The translations under genes and the position numbers were made by a program. The notes below the pieces were generated by a model that had not been told where the DNA came from, did not search any database, and saw only the letters and a list, made by a program, of their open reading frames with translations. Positions 18,842 to 28,345 of a stretch of 64,000 nucleotides of DNA are shown one piece after another. This DNA comes from Novosphingobium sp. (lineage in GTDB: Bacteria; Pseudomonadota; Alphaproteobacteria; Sphingomonadales; Sphingomonadaceae). How positions within the stretch are numbered: position 1 is the stretch's first letter; each line of letters opens with the position of its first letter. The stretch lies in assembly GCA_031416535.1 (NCBI GenBank), contig JANOTT010000061.1, forward strand, positions 30 through 64,029, in the 5' to 3' direction.

Positions 18842-20362
18842 TCAACCCAGCAAGTGCTCCCTGGCGATCTTCTCTTTCCACACTAGCGGGGCGAGCTGGT
18901 GAACATTGTTGCCTTCGCTGTCGACCGCGACGGTCACCGGCATGTCCTCGACCGTGAATTCGTAGATCGCCTCCATCCCCAGATCCTCGAACGCGACCAC
19001 CTTGGCACTGCGGATGGCGCGCGAGACGAGGTAAGCCGCGCCGCCCACTGCCATCAGGTAAGCGACCTTGTGCTTGGCGATCTCCTGCACCGCGCCCTGC
19101 CCGCGCTCAGCCTTGCCGATCATGACCAGCAGGCCAAGATCGAGCATCATGTCGGTAAATTTGTCCATCCGCGTCGCCGTAGTTGGCCCGGCCGGGCCCA
19201 TCACTTCGCCCAGCACCGGATCGACCGGGCCGACGTAGTAGATCGCACGGTTCTTGAAATCGACCGGCAATGCCTCGCCTTTGGCCAGCATATCCTGGAT
19301 CCGCTTGTGCGCGGCATCCCGGCCCGTCAGCATCTTGCCACTGAGCAACAGCCGGTCGCCTTGCTGCCAGCCGCACACTTCGGCTTGCGTCAGGGTATCA
19401 AGATTGACGCGCTTGGCGGCCTCGTCGGGCTCCCACTGCACGTCGGGCCACTCATCGAGCCTCGGCGTCTCGAGGAAGCTGGGCCCCGATCCGTCGAGCG
19501 TGAAATGCGCGTGCCGGGTGGCGGCGCAATTGGGGATCATCCCCACCGGTTTGCCCGCCGCATGGCACGGCGCGTCGAGGATCTTGACGTCGAGCACGGT
19601 CGACAGCCCGCCCAGCCCCTGCGCGCCGATGCCCAGCGCGTTGACCCGGTCGAAGATCTCGATCCGCATTGTCTCGATATCGGTCTGCGGCCCGCGCTCT
19701 TTCAACTGCGCCATGTCGATCGGCTCCATCAAGGCCTGCTTGGCGAGCTGCATGCAATGTTCGGCAGTGCCGCCGATGCCGATCCCCAGCATTCCCGGCG
19801 GACACCAGCCCGCGCCCATCTGCGGAAGCATTTCGATCACCCAGTCCTGGATCGAATCGCTGGGGTTCATCATCTTGAACTTCGACTTGTTCTCGCTCCC
19901 CCCGCCCTTGGCCGCGACATCGATGCCGACCGTGCGCCCCGGAACCATGGTCACGTGGACCACGCTGGGGGTATTGTCGCGGGTGTTGCGGCGGGTGAAG
20001 GCCGGGTCGGCCAGGATCGACGCGCGCAGCGTGTTATCGGGGTTGAGGTAAGCCTGGCGCACCCCTTCATCGACCACTTCCTGCAACGAACGCGACGATT
20101 CGAGTCGGCAGTCCTGACCCCATTCGATCAGGACATTGACGATCCCCGTGTCCTGGCAAATCGGCCGGTGGCCTTCGGCGCACATCCGGCTGTTGGTCAG
20201 GATTTGGGCAATCGCGTCTTTCGCCGCCGGGCCCTGCTCGGCCTGATAGGCCACGCCCAGCGCTCGGATGTAATCCATTGGGTGAAAATAGCTGATAAAC
20301 TGCAGCGCATCGGCGACGCTCTCGATCAGGTCAGCCTCGCGGATAATAACCATTTCAGCCAC
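18842..20362 (-). CDS. Class I (Fe-S) fumarate hydratase
   Basis: RPICQDTG, KGGGSEN, GAGWCPPG, NCAATRH, LTGRDAAH, GPTTATRM. Confidence 0.95.
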   Translation of the reverse strand: MAEMVIIREADLIESVADALQFISYFHPMDYIRALGVAYQAEQGPAAKDAIAQILTNSRMCAEGHRPICQDTGIVNVLIEWGQDCRLESSRSLQEVVDEGVRQAYLNPDNTLRASILADPAFTRRNTRDNTPSVVHVTMVPGRTVGIDVAAKGGGSENKSKFKMMNPSDSIQDWVIEMLPQMGAGWCPPGMLGIGIGGTAEHCMQLAKQALMEPIDMAQLKERGPQTDIETMRIEIFDRVNALGIGAQGLGGLSTVLDVKILDAPCHAAGKPVGMIPNCAATRHAHFTLDGSGPSFLETPRLDEWPDVQWEPDEAAKRVNLDTLTQAEVCGWQQGDRLLLSGKMLTGRDAAHKRIQDMLAKGEALPVDFKNRAIYYVGPVDPVLGEVMGPAGPTTATRMDKFTDMMLDLGLLVMIGKAERGQGAVQEIAKHKVAYLMAVGGAAYLVSRAIRSAKVVAFEDLGMEAIYEFTVEDMPVTVAVDSEGNNVHQLAPLVWKEKIAREHLLG

Positions 20363-20475
20363 AGCCCGGCTCCTTGTTCAACACGTCCTTACGCACCCAA
20401 TAGGCGCAGCTTTGCCCACCCGTCAAAGCGCTTGGCGCAGCATGCGCCATCGCTTATGAGGCAAGCGATTGCCTA

Positions 20476-20499
20476 GCTGTTTTAGTTGTGTAATACAGC
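20476..20499 (+). promoter_or_regulatory. Palindromic operator upstream of pcm-tolC
   Basis: GCTGTTTTA-GTTGTG-TAATACAGC; near-identical site at 55826-55847. Confidence 0.6.
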
Positions 20500-20519
20500 A
20501 CGCGAAAAGGGCCATTTCA

Positions 20520-21131
20520 ATGACTGCTATCCCAGCCGCGTACACCGGCAACGCTGCCGATACCACTGCCGCGCGCCGCGCGATGATCGACAGCCAGCTG
20601 CGCGTCAGCGGGGTCAATCACGAACGTGTGCTGGCGGCGATGACCAAGGTTGCGCGCGAAGACCATGTCCCTGCCGCAGCACGCGGTCATGCCTATATCG
20701 ACCGGGCAATTCCCCTTGGCAACGGCGCGGCGTTGCCCGCGCCGCTGGTGCAGGGCCTGATGCTCAGCGAGGCACTGCCCGCCGCCGGCGAGCGCGTGCT
20801 GGTGGTCAGCGGTGGCAGCACGTATCTGGCGGCACTGGTCGAAGCCATGGGGGCGTTGGTCGATAGCATCGACGCAGCCGACGCCGGTGCGGTTAATCAG
20901 GACCAGAAGTTCGATTTGCTACTGATCGACGGTGCCATCGAACAGCTGCCCGCAGCGCTCGCTGGGGCTGTGGCTGAAGGTGGGAGAGTGGTTACCGGGT
21001 TGGTGCTGCGCGGCGTCACGCGCTTGGCCAGCGGCCGCAAACTGGGCGGCGAGGTGCAATTGCTCCCGCTGGCCGAGGTGGGAATACCGGTGCTGGGCCA
21101 GTTCGCCCGGGCCAAAAGCTGGAGTTTCTAG
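20520..21131 (+). CDS. pcm: Protein-L-isoaspartate O-methyltransferase-like
   Basis: RRAMIDSQLR, VAREDHVP, AYIDRAI; pcm-tolC-popZ synteny; SAM motif degenerate. Confidence 0.8.
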   Translation: MTAIPAAYTGNAADTTAARRAMIDSQLRVSGVNHERVLAAMTKVAREDHVPAAARGHAYIDRAIPLGNGAALPAPLVQGLMLSEALPAAGERVLVVSGGSTYLAALVEAMGALVDSIDAADAGAVNQDQKFDLLLIDGAIEQLPAALAGAVAEGGRVVTGLVLRGVTRLASGRKLGGEVQLLPLAEVGIPVLGQFARAKSWSF

Positions 21132-21135
21132 GCAT

Positions 21136-22605
21136 ATGGTCATGCTCGATGTCGCGCGATTGGGGCGTTCGCGTCTGGCGCGCAGCATTCTGTTGGCGGG
21201 CGCGGCGGTCCTGGTCGCCGGGCCAGCACTGGCTGACGAGCTGCGCGAGGCGCTGGCGCTGGCTTATGTGTCCAACCCGGCGCTGCAGGCCGCTCGCGCC
21301 CAGCAGCGGGCGATCGATGAAAACGTCCCGATCGCGCGCGCGGCCGGGCTGCCTTCGCTGGCCGGGACCGCCACCTATACCGAATTCCTCAAGACCAGTT
21401 CGAACTCGTTCACCTCGCCCAGCCGGGCGTTCGATGCACAAACCCAGTTGGGCGTGCCGCTTTACACCGGCGGCGCGGTCAAAAATTCGGTCCGCGCGGC
21501 CAAAACCCGCGTGGGTGCCGGGCAGGCCGACTTGCGCGGGGTAGAAAGCGGCGTTTTTGCCCAGGCTGTCGCCGCCTATATGGACGTGATTCTAGCGCAG
21601 GAAGTCGTCAAACTGAATCGCGCCAATGTCCAGCGGCTCGAGGTCAACCTCCAGGCCAGCAGTGACCGCTTCGAACTCGGCGATCTGACCCGCACCGACG
21701 TGGCCCAATCGCAGTCGCGGCTGTCGCTCGCCCGCGGGCAAGTCCGCAGCGCCGAGGCGAACCTGATTGCCGCGCGCGAACGCTATATCGAGGTAGTAGG
21801 CAAGGCGCCGGTGAATTTGCAGACCCCGCCGCCTTTGGCCGGGCTGCCGGACAGCGCCGCTGAGGCGGTGGCGATCGCGCTCGATCACAACCCCGATCTG
21901 CTGGCGGCGCGCCACCGCGCCACCGCCGCCGGATATGATGTGCGGGTTGCCAGCGCCGGCAAGCTCCCCAGGATCAGCCTGTTCGCAGGCGCCGGCTACA
22001 GCGATTATCTGGGCACGCTGGGCGGCTCGGTTCCGGGCAATTTTACCCAGAATTCGACCAATGCGCAGGCTGGTGTTCGCGCCACCATCCCGATCTTCCA
22101 GGGCGGCTTGCCCGCCGCGCAGCGCCGCGCCGCGCAGGCCCGCCAGGATGTGGTAATGGAGCAGGAAATCGGGGTTGAGCGGGCTGTCATAGCCAATGTC
22201 CGTTCGGCCTTTGCGCAGTGGCAGGCCGCCCAGTCGCTGATCGCTTCATCGCAAACCGCGGTCGATGCCGCCGCGCTCGGCCTTGAAGGGGTGCGCGCCG
22301 AAAACACCGTCGGCAACCGCACAATCCTCGATATCCTCAATGCCGAGAACGAATTGCTGACTGCGCAGGTCCAACGCGCCACCGCGCAGCGCAACGCCTT
22401 TGTTGCCGGGTTCAACCTGCTCGCTGCGATGGGCAAGGCCGAAGCGCGCGACCTCGGGCTCGATGGCGGCTTGCTCTACGATCCGCAGGTCAATTATAAC
22501 CGCGTTCACGGCAAGATCTGGGACTGGAGCCAAGACCCCGATCCGACGACCGAATCCACGCGCACCGTTGACACACCCGCGCAGGACGGTTCAGTTAGCC
22601 CGTAA
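21136..22605 (+). CDS. tolC: TolC-family outer membrane channel
   Basis: AY.SNP.LQAARA, G.LTRTDVAQ, G.RTILDILNAE; signal peptide. Confidence 0.93.
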   Translation: MVMLDVARLGRSRLARSILLAGAAVLVAGPALADELREALALAYVSNPALQAARAQQRAIDENVPIARAAGLPSLAGTATYTEFLKTSSNSFTSPSRAFDAQTQLGVPLYTGGAVKNSVRAAKTRVGAGQADLRGVESGVFAQAVAAYMDVILAQEVVKLNRANVQRLEVNLQASSDRFELGDLTRTDVAQSQSRLSLARGQVRSAEANLIAARERYIEVVGKAPVNLQTPPPLAGLPDSAAEAVAIALDHNPDLLAARHRATAAGYDVRVASAGKLPRISLFAGAGYSDYLGTLGGSVPGNFTQNSTNAQAGVRATIPIFQGGLPAAQRRAAQARQDVVMEQEIGVERAVIANVRSAFAQWQAAQSLIASSQTAVDAAALGLEGVRAENTVGNRTILDILNAENELLTAQVQRATAQRNAFVAGFNLLAAMGKAEARDLGLDGGLLYDPQVNYNRVHGKIWDWSQDPDPTTESTRTVDTPAQDGSVSP

Positions 22606-22645
22606 TGATTCTTGTCCCGATTGGGGACAGCGTGGAGTTGGGGCG

Positions 22646-23146
22646 ATGCGCCAGGCCGGAGAACCATCGGTCGAGGAAATCCTCGAATCGATCAAGAAAG
22701 TCATCGCGCGCGATAATCGGGCCGGGGCTGCAGAACAACGGCGTGAGCGCGAAGAGCGCGGGCTTCCGGGCGATGCGGCCATTGAACCGCTCACCGCCGC
22801 GCAAGACGACGTACTCGATCTCGCCGCAATCGGCGCATATATCGAAGACGACGAAGCCGCCGACGACGCGGCGCATTATGCCGAGGCCGAGATCGCATCG
22901 AGCGATCGCCCGCTGGTCGGCACCGAGACGGTGAGCTCGATCAGCGAATCGCTGGCCGCGCTGGCCCTGCTGGCGCAGCCGCCAGCCGCGCCGCAGATCG
23001 TCCGCTCGGGCGAAACGTCGCTCGAGGCGATGGTCCGCGATTTGCTCCGTCCCGAACTGGCCGCCTGGCTCGACAATCACCTGCCGGCGCTCGTGGAAAA
23101 ACTGGTTGCCACCGAAATCGCGCGGATCGTCGGCAAGAAAGGCTAG
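22646..23146 (+). CDS. popZ: Pole-organizing protein PopZ (DUF2497)
   Basis: EPSVEEILESIKKVIARD N-terminus; acidic linker; SLEAMVRDLLRPELAAWLDNHLPALVEKLVATEIARI C-terminus. Confidence 0.92.
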   Translation: MRQAGEPSVEEILESIKKVIARDNRAGAAEQRREREERGLPGDAAIEPLTAAQDDVLDLAAIGAYIEDDEAADDAAHYAEAEIASSDRPLVGTETVSSISESLAALALLAQPPAAPQIVRSGETSLEAMVRDLLRPELAAWLDNHLPALVEKLVATEIARIVGKKG

Positions 23147-23179
23147 GATGCGCGGCCACGGCCCGCTAGCCTTGGCCGC

Positions 23180-23437
23180 ATGATCAAGACCACAATCGCG
23201 CTCGGTGCGCTGGCGATTGCCGTAACAGGCTCGCCCGCTTTAACTCAAACCCGCGCGCAGATCATGTCGCCACAGGATCTCGCTGATTTGATCGGGGTGT
23301 ACTTCGCGGCACGGCAGGCTGATCGTCATAAGCCGGGCGCAACCAAAATCGATGCGGGGCACAGCCCGCTGGGCGGCAGTGCCCCGCATACCGCCGTGGT
23401 TACGCGGTTGGCACGCGCTCTGCAGCCGGCGACTTGA
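23180..23437 (+). CDS. Hypothetical small exported protein (85 aa)
   Basis: Signal-peptide-like N-terminus; fills the gap between popZ and the thioesterase. Confidence 0.4.
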   Translation: MIKTTIALGALAIAVTGSPALTQTRAQIMSPQDLADLIGVYFAARQADRHKPGATKIDAGHSPLGGSAPHTAVVTRLARALQPAT

Positions 23438-23444
23438 GCACGGC

Positions 23445-23876
23445 ATGCCGCGTCCCGATCCCGCGCTGCTCGACCCCGCACGCTATCCGTTCGTCCACAC
23501 GGTGACCACGCGGTTTGCCGATGTCGATCCCAACCAGCACCTCAACAATGTGGCGTTGGCAGCGATGATGGAAGACGCGCGGGTGCGCTTCAACCAGATG
23601 ATCGGGCTGAATGTGAAGATTGGCGAGCGGCGCGCGATGGTCGCCAGCGTGGGCATGGAATACCTCGCCCAAGGGCATTTTCCGCAGCCGGTCGATGCGC
23701 ACTGCGGCATCGAACAGGTTGGCCGGACCAGTTGGTCGATCGCCCAGTTGCTGACACAGGAAGGCCGGGTAGTGGCCTTTGCCCGCTCGGTGATCGTGGC
23801 GATTGCCGACGACCGTCCGGCGCCGGTCCCCGATGCCACCCGCGATCTGCTCAATCATTGGAGTCTGAAGCAATGA
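23445..23876 (+). CDS. Acyl-CoA thioesterase (hotdog, 4HBT/FcbC-like)
   Basis: [24 protein letters not shown]. Confidence 0.88.
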   Translation: MPRPDPALLDPARYPFVHTVTTRFADVDPNQHLNNVALAAMMEDARVRFNQMIGLNVKIGERRAMVASVGMEYLAQGHFPQPVDAHCGIEQVGRTSWSIAQLLTQEGRVVAFARSVIVAIADDRPAPVPDATRDLLNHWSLKQ

Positions 23877-24256
23877 CCGCGAAACCTGCCGAGCTGGCCA
23901 AGGCCCGCGCTGCGCTGACCAAGACCGGCGGTGATCAAATTCGCCGCCACATCTTCCTGTGCGCCGAGTCAGAGAAGGCCGCGTGCTGCGCAAGCAGCGT
24001 CGGCACCCCGGCATGGAAATATCTTAAGAAGGCGCTCAAGCAGCGCGGGCTCGAGCAGCGGATTGCGCGGACCAAGGCCGATTGCCTGCGAATTTGCGCC
24101 GCCGGCCCGGTCGCGGTGGTCTGGCCTGAGGGAGTCTGGTATCATTCGTGCACGGAACGCGTGCTCGAGCGGATCATTGAGGAGCATCTGGTCGGCGGCG
24201 TGCCGGTCGAGGAGTTCAGGCTGTATCCGGCAGCCGGCGACGTTCTGGACGACTGA
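23873..24256 (+). CDS. Thioredoxin-like [2Fe-2S] ferredoxin
   Basis: [28 protein letters not shown]. Confidence 0.9.
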   Translation: MTAKPAELAKARAALTKTGGDQIRRHIFLCAESEKAACCASSVGTPAWKYLKKALKQRGLEQRIARTKADCLRICAAGPVAVVWPEGVWYHSCTERVLERIIEEHLVGGVPVEEFRLYPAAGDVLDD

Positions 24257-24317
24257 TTCGCCAAACGCCGCGGTTCGTGGCAACGTGCGCAGATCGTATT
24301 CAGCCGGGAGAGTTGTC

Positions 24318-24746
24318 ATGACGATTGCGCGACTAATCGAAGGCCGCAGCGGCGAAATCGTCAGCTGTGACGCATCAGCCAATGTCAGCGAAGCGGTCAG
24401 GCTTCTGGCCGAGAGACGGATCGGCGCGCTGCCGGTCTACCTGGACGGTGGAATCGTCGGGATCTTTTCGGAACGCGATGTGATTTACCAGCTCGCTGCG
24501 CACGGCCCCGCCATGCTCGACAAAACCGTGGGCGAAGTGATGACCTCGCCGCCAATCACGGTCGAGAAGCACAGCGGCGTGCTCGATGCGCTCGGCCTGA
24601 TGACCCGCCGCCGAATCCGCCATTTGCCGGTCGTCGAGGGCGGGCAGGTGTGCGGATTTGTCTCGATCGGCGATCTGGTCAAATACCGGATCGAAACGAT
24701 CGAGGCCGACGCCGAAGCAATGCGCAGCTACATCCAGAGCGCGTGA
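24318..24746 (+). CDS. Tandem CBS-domain protein
   Basis: RIGALPV, GIFSERD, RIRHLPV, VSIGDLVK. Confidence 0.92.
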   Translation: MTIARLIEGRSGEIVSCDASANVSEAVRLLAERRIGALPVYLDGGIVGIFSERDVIYQLAAHGPAMLDKTVGEVMTSPPITVEKHSGVLDALGLMTRRRIRHLPVVEGGQVCGFVSIGDLVKYRIETIEADAEAMRSYIQSA

Positions 24747-24788
24747 CGCGGCCTTGCTGATAGCAGGACAAGCGCTTACATCAGTTCC

Positions 24789-25121
24789 ATGGACGCTCTT
24801 ACCATGACCTTCAGCCCGTCTGCCGCCGCCCGCGTAGCGGTGATTGCCGGCAAGCAGGGCAAACCGGCGATTTTGCGGCTGTCGGTCGAAGGCGGGGGCT
24901 GTTCGGGGTTCCAGTACAAATTCGGTCTGGCCGATGCGCCTGAGGGCGATGATCTGGTGGTCGAACAGGGCGGTGTACGGTTGCTGGTCGATGCAGTGAG
25001 CCTCGATCTCGTCGCCGGGTCCGAGGTCGATTACGTTGAATCGCTGGGCGGGGCCGCTTTCAAAGTCACCAATCCTAATGCGGCGTCAGGCTGCGGCTGC
25101 GGCTCGTCCTTCGCGATTTGA
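24789..25121 (+). CDS. erpA: Iron-sulfur cluster insertion protein (ErpA/HesB family)
   Basis: LSVEGGGCSGFQY, NPNAASGCGCGSSF. Confidence 0.92.
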   Translation: MDALTMTFSPSAAARVAVIAGKQGKPAILRLSVEGGGCSGFQYKFGLADAPEGDDLVVEQGGVRLLVDAVSLDLVAGSEVDYVESLGGAAFKVTNPNAASGCGCGSSFAI

Positions 25122-25891
25122 TGCGGATCGCCACTTACAACATCAACGGGATCAAGGCACGGTTGCCGCGCTTGCTCGAATGGCTCGCAGAAACGCGGCC
25201 TACGGTCGCCTGCCTTCAGGAAATCAAGACGCAGAACGAAGGCTTTCCGGCGGATGCGTTCGAGAAGCTGGGTTATCAGTCGATCTGGCACGGTCAAAAA
25301 GGCTTCAACGGCGTCGCGATTCTGGCTGATGGCCAGGCTCCGGTCGAGGTGCAGCGGGCGCTGGCGGGCGAGCCCGACGACGAGCATTCGCGCTATCTCG
25401 AAGCCGCTGTGGCCGGCGTGCGGGTAGCGTGTATATACTTACCCAACGGCAATCCGCTGCCCGGTCCGAAGTTCGATTACAAATTGCGCTGGATGGAGCG
25501 ACTGCGAGCGCGAATGGTGACCATCGCGGCCGAGGAAGTTCCGGCCATCGTGCTGGGCGATTATAACGTCATCCCGCGCGATAATGACGTCTGGTCACCC
25601 GCCGCGATGGCCGCCGACGCGTTGATGCAGCCCGGATCGCGCGACGCTTATGCCCGGCTGATGGCCGATGGCTGGACCGATGCGTTGGGTACGCTCAATC
25701 CGCAAGGCGGGGTCTGGACCTATTGGGATTACCAGGCCGGGGCCTGGCAGCGCGATCACGGCTTCCGCATCGATCATGCGCTGCTCTCACCCGAACTGGC
25801 TGACCGGCTGGTCAGCGCCGGCGTCGACAGGGACCACCGCGCGCGCGAAAAGGCCAGCGATCACGCACCGGTGTGGTTTGAATTTGGATGA
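25121..25891 (+). CDS. xth: Exodeoxyribonuclease III
   Basis: MRIATYNINGIKAR, CLQEIK, YLPNGN, GDYN, TYWDY, RIDH, SDHAPV. Confidence 0.96.
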   Translation: MRIATYNINGIKARLPRLLEWLAETRPTVACLQEIKTQNEGFPADAFEKLGYQSIWHGQKGFNGVAILADGQAPVEVQRALAGEPDDEHSRYLEAAVAGVRVACIYLPNGNPLPGPKFDYKLRWMERLRARMVTIAAEEVPAIVLGDYNVIPRDNDVWSPAAMAADALMQPGSRDAYARLMADGWTDALGTLNPQGGVWTYWDYQAGAWQRDHGFRIDHALLSPELADRLVSAGVDRDHRAREKASDHAPVWFEFG

Positions 25892-25892
25892 A

Positions 25893-25923
25893 CGGGCGGG
25901 GGCGAGCCAGCCGCCCCGGCCCG
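25893..25923. terminator. GC-rich hairpin between convergent xth and cell wall hydrolase
   Basis: CGGGC-GGGGGCG..CGCCCC-GGCCCG. Confidence 0.5.
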
Positions 25924-25945
25924 GATATTTCTCTACCGACTTATC

Positions 25946-26605
25946 TCACCGATAGAAAACGTGGTTTTCGACCCGGCCCACGCGCTTCAGGCGCCAGCCA
26001 GGGCTGACATAGGCGGCATGGAAGAACAGCGCGCCTTCGACCGGGCTGCGCCAGGTGCCCGAATGCGCGATCTGTGCAATTGCCACCGCATTCTTCCACT
26101 GGCGCGAAGTTTTGGCGATCCCTGGCATCGAGCTACCGCGCACGAACGAGAATTGCGAGGGCTGGAACACCACGCCGCAATACGAGTTGGGGAAGCGGCC
26201 CGATTTGGAGCGCGCCACAATCACCCGGCCCACTGCCAGCTGGCCAGCAAGCGATTCGCTCTTGGCCTCAAAATAGATCGCCCCGGCGAGGCAGTTAAGT
26301 TCGCGCGAAACTTCGCCTGGTTGCGGCTGCGCGGAGACCAAGGTAGCCAGCGATCCGGCGCGGATCTGCGGAGCATCGGCCGGCAACGCCTTGTCTGGGG
26401 TGGCGAGGGATGGGGGCGCAGACTGGCTGGCCGACACGTCGGCAGGCGCGGGTTCCGACTGGGACAGGGTCTGATTGACCGGTACCGCTGTGTCATCCGC
26501 TGCAATTGTCTGCGCGGAGGCGCCCGAACCATTGGCGCTAAAAATAATTGTAACAATCATTGCGGCCACTGCGAGTGCACTGGCCCGGTGGAGCTTCTTG
26601 CTCAT
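25946..26605 (-). CDS. SleB-like cell wall hydrolase (Hydrolase_2)
   Basis: CLAGAIYFEAKSE, GQLAVG.V, YCGVVFQPSQFSF, ALFFHA, HVFYR. Confidence 0.92.
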   Translation of the reverse strand: MSKKLHRASALAVAAMIVTIIFSANGSGASAQTIAADDTAVPVNQTLSQSEPAPADVSASQSAPPSLATPDKALPADAPQIRAGSLATLVSAQPQPGEVSRELNCLAGAIYFEAKSESLAGQLAVGRVIVARSKSGRFPNSYCGVVFQPSQFSFVRGSSMPGIAKTSRQWKNAVAIAQIAHSGTWRSPVEGALFFHAAYVSPGWRLKRVGRVENHVFYR

Positions 26606-26794
26606 CGATAATCATTCTTGGGCGGTTGGCGCGCCTGACGCAGGATTGTTTGGAGCTCGTCGTTCTTGCTCTGCCCCAACCGAAAATCCTGCCGGCTGCC
26701 CCCCGACTGCGTGCTTGCATCCTGGGCCGATCTGTCCAGCACGCCGCCCACGCATCAAAAGGTGGACGCCCTTTGATGGTGCGGTGCAGCAATG

Positions 26795-27136
26795 TCAAAT
26801 GTTAGATTCCCCCAATCCGATGAACCGTTCACCATTTGCGATATCCAGTTCGATAGTCCACAAATCGCGATCCTGGGCCTGACGCCGGACCAAGTAATCA
26901 TCGATAAACTTCTTATTTTCAGCATCTTCCGAACGGGTGAGCACCCAAGTGCGGTCTCCATCGACGCTTGGCATGCGTTCGAAAACTCGCCGGTTTGCGC
27001 CGTTTTCGGCACAAACCACCACGATCGTCCCGGCTTCGCGTTCACCTTTGTGCAATACTGCAGCGAAACCACCAGCAGCCGCTACCTGACGCAACAAGCC
27101 CGAGACTTCGAGGTGCGCGGGGAGACGCGGTGCCAT
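26795..27136 (-). CDS. DUF1491 family protein
   Basis: RLPAHLEVSG, VLHKGEREAG, DRDLWTIELD. Confidence 0.85.
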   Translation of the reverse strand: MAPRLPAHLEVSGLLRQVAAAGGFAAVLHKGEREAGTIVVVCAENGANRRVFERMPSVDGDRTWVLTRSEDAENKKFIDDYLVRRQAQDRDLWTIELDIANGERFIGLGESNI

Positions 27137-27159
27137 GCTGGTCGCGTCAGCCCGGCCGG

Positions 27160-27621
27160 TCAGGCCGCGTCGCGGTCAATGCTGTTGGCGAGCAGCGCAT
27201 AGAGCCCTTCGGCATCGGTCGCTTCGCCCAGCGCGGTGTGCATCTTGTCATTGCGCATCATCCGGCTGATCGCAGCCAGTGCATGGAGGTGCGCGGCGCC
27301 GGCAGCTTCGGGCGAAAGCAGCCCGAATACCAGATCGACCGGCATCCCGTCGGCCGCCTCGAACGCTACCGGGGTTACCAGCCGCAGGAACACCGCCACT
27401 GGCCGGCCCAGATCGGGAATGCGCGCGTGCGGAATCGCCACACCGCGGCCAAACCCGGTGCTGCCCAGCTTCTCCCGCTCTTCGAGCCGTTCGAGCACCA
27501 GCACTGGATCAAGCCCATAAACCTCGGCAAAGCGCTGAGCGAGTCGGTCAAGGATGATCTGCTTACTCTCGGCAGCAATCGTGCCAACTGCTTCTGGCAG
27601 CAGTGTGAAAAGGGCGGTCAT
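27160..27621 (-). CDS. ptsN: PTS IIA(Ntr) nitrogen-regulatory protein
   Basis: REKLGSTGFGRGVAIPHARI (phospho-His), VDLVFGLL; follows hpf. Confidence 0.92.
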   Translation of the reverse strand: MTALFTLLPEAVGTIAAESKQIILDRLAQRFAEVYGLDPVLVLERLEEREKLGSTGFGRGVAIPHARIPDLGRPVAVFLRLVTPVAFEAADGMPVDLVFGLLSPEAAGAAHLHALAAISRMMRNDKMHTALGEATDAEGLYALLANSIDRDAA

Positions 27622-27742
27622 AGCGGGCACACTACTTTAAAAAATTGCAAAGATGGTTCGGACAGCGGGCCAAGCGGCGGGAAAATCCCGACGGCTTGCC
27701 CCTCCTCGCCTGATGAAAACTTGTGCGCCCTTACGCTACGCG

Positions 27743-28309
27743 TCAGGAAGGTTCAACCCAGCCGATCGAACCATCACCGCGCCGATAGACCATATTATGT
27801 CGCCCCGTGCCAGCGTTTTTGAACAGCAGCGCGTTGGTGTTTCTGAGGTCGAGCATCATGACGGCATTGGAAACTGTCGTTTCGGGCACGTCGACGCGGG
27901 TCTCGGCAATGACCAGCGGGGAATCGCCGGTCACTTCATCGGCAAGTTCGTCGGGTTCGGCAAAGACGGTGTAGCCGGCTTCCTCTTCGCGCACCGCCGG
28001 AGCACTGTGCGACGAATGGTCGGTCAAGCGGCGCTTGTAACGGCGCAACTGCTTGTCGATCTTCTCGGCCGCCTGATCGAGCGCCATGTGCGCATCCTGC
28101 GCGATTCCGGCGCCTTTGAGCACCAGGCCTTGCATCACGTGCGTCACCACATCGGCACGGAACGCACCGGCCGGTGCACGGTTGAACGTGATCGTGCTCG
28201 ACAGTGCCCCGGCAAAATATTTTCCGACAATCGCGGATATGCGGTCTTGCGCGTGGTTCTGCAGCGCCTCGCCGGTTTCGACCTGATGGCCCGATACGCG
28301 AATGTCCAT
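27743..28309 (-). CDS. hpf: Ribosome hibernation promoting factor (long HPF)
   Basis: MDIRVSGHQVETGEAL, KQLRRYKRRL, C-terminal S30AE domain NMVYRRGDGSIGWVEP. Confidence 0.95.
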   Translation of the reverse strand: MDIRVSGHQVETGEALQNHAQDRISAIVGKYFAGALSSTITFNRAPAGAFRADVVTHVMQGLVLKGAGIAQDAHMALDQAAEKIDKQLRRYKRRLTDHSSHSAPAVREEEAGYTVFAEPDELADEVTGDSPLVIAETRVDVPETTVSNAVMMLDLRNTNALLFKNAGTGRHNMVYRRGDGSIGWVEPS

Positions 28310-28345
28310 AGCACTGGTACTCCTTCTAGAATGCGCGAAACGGGG

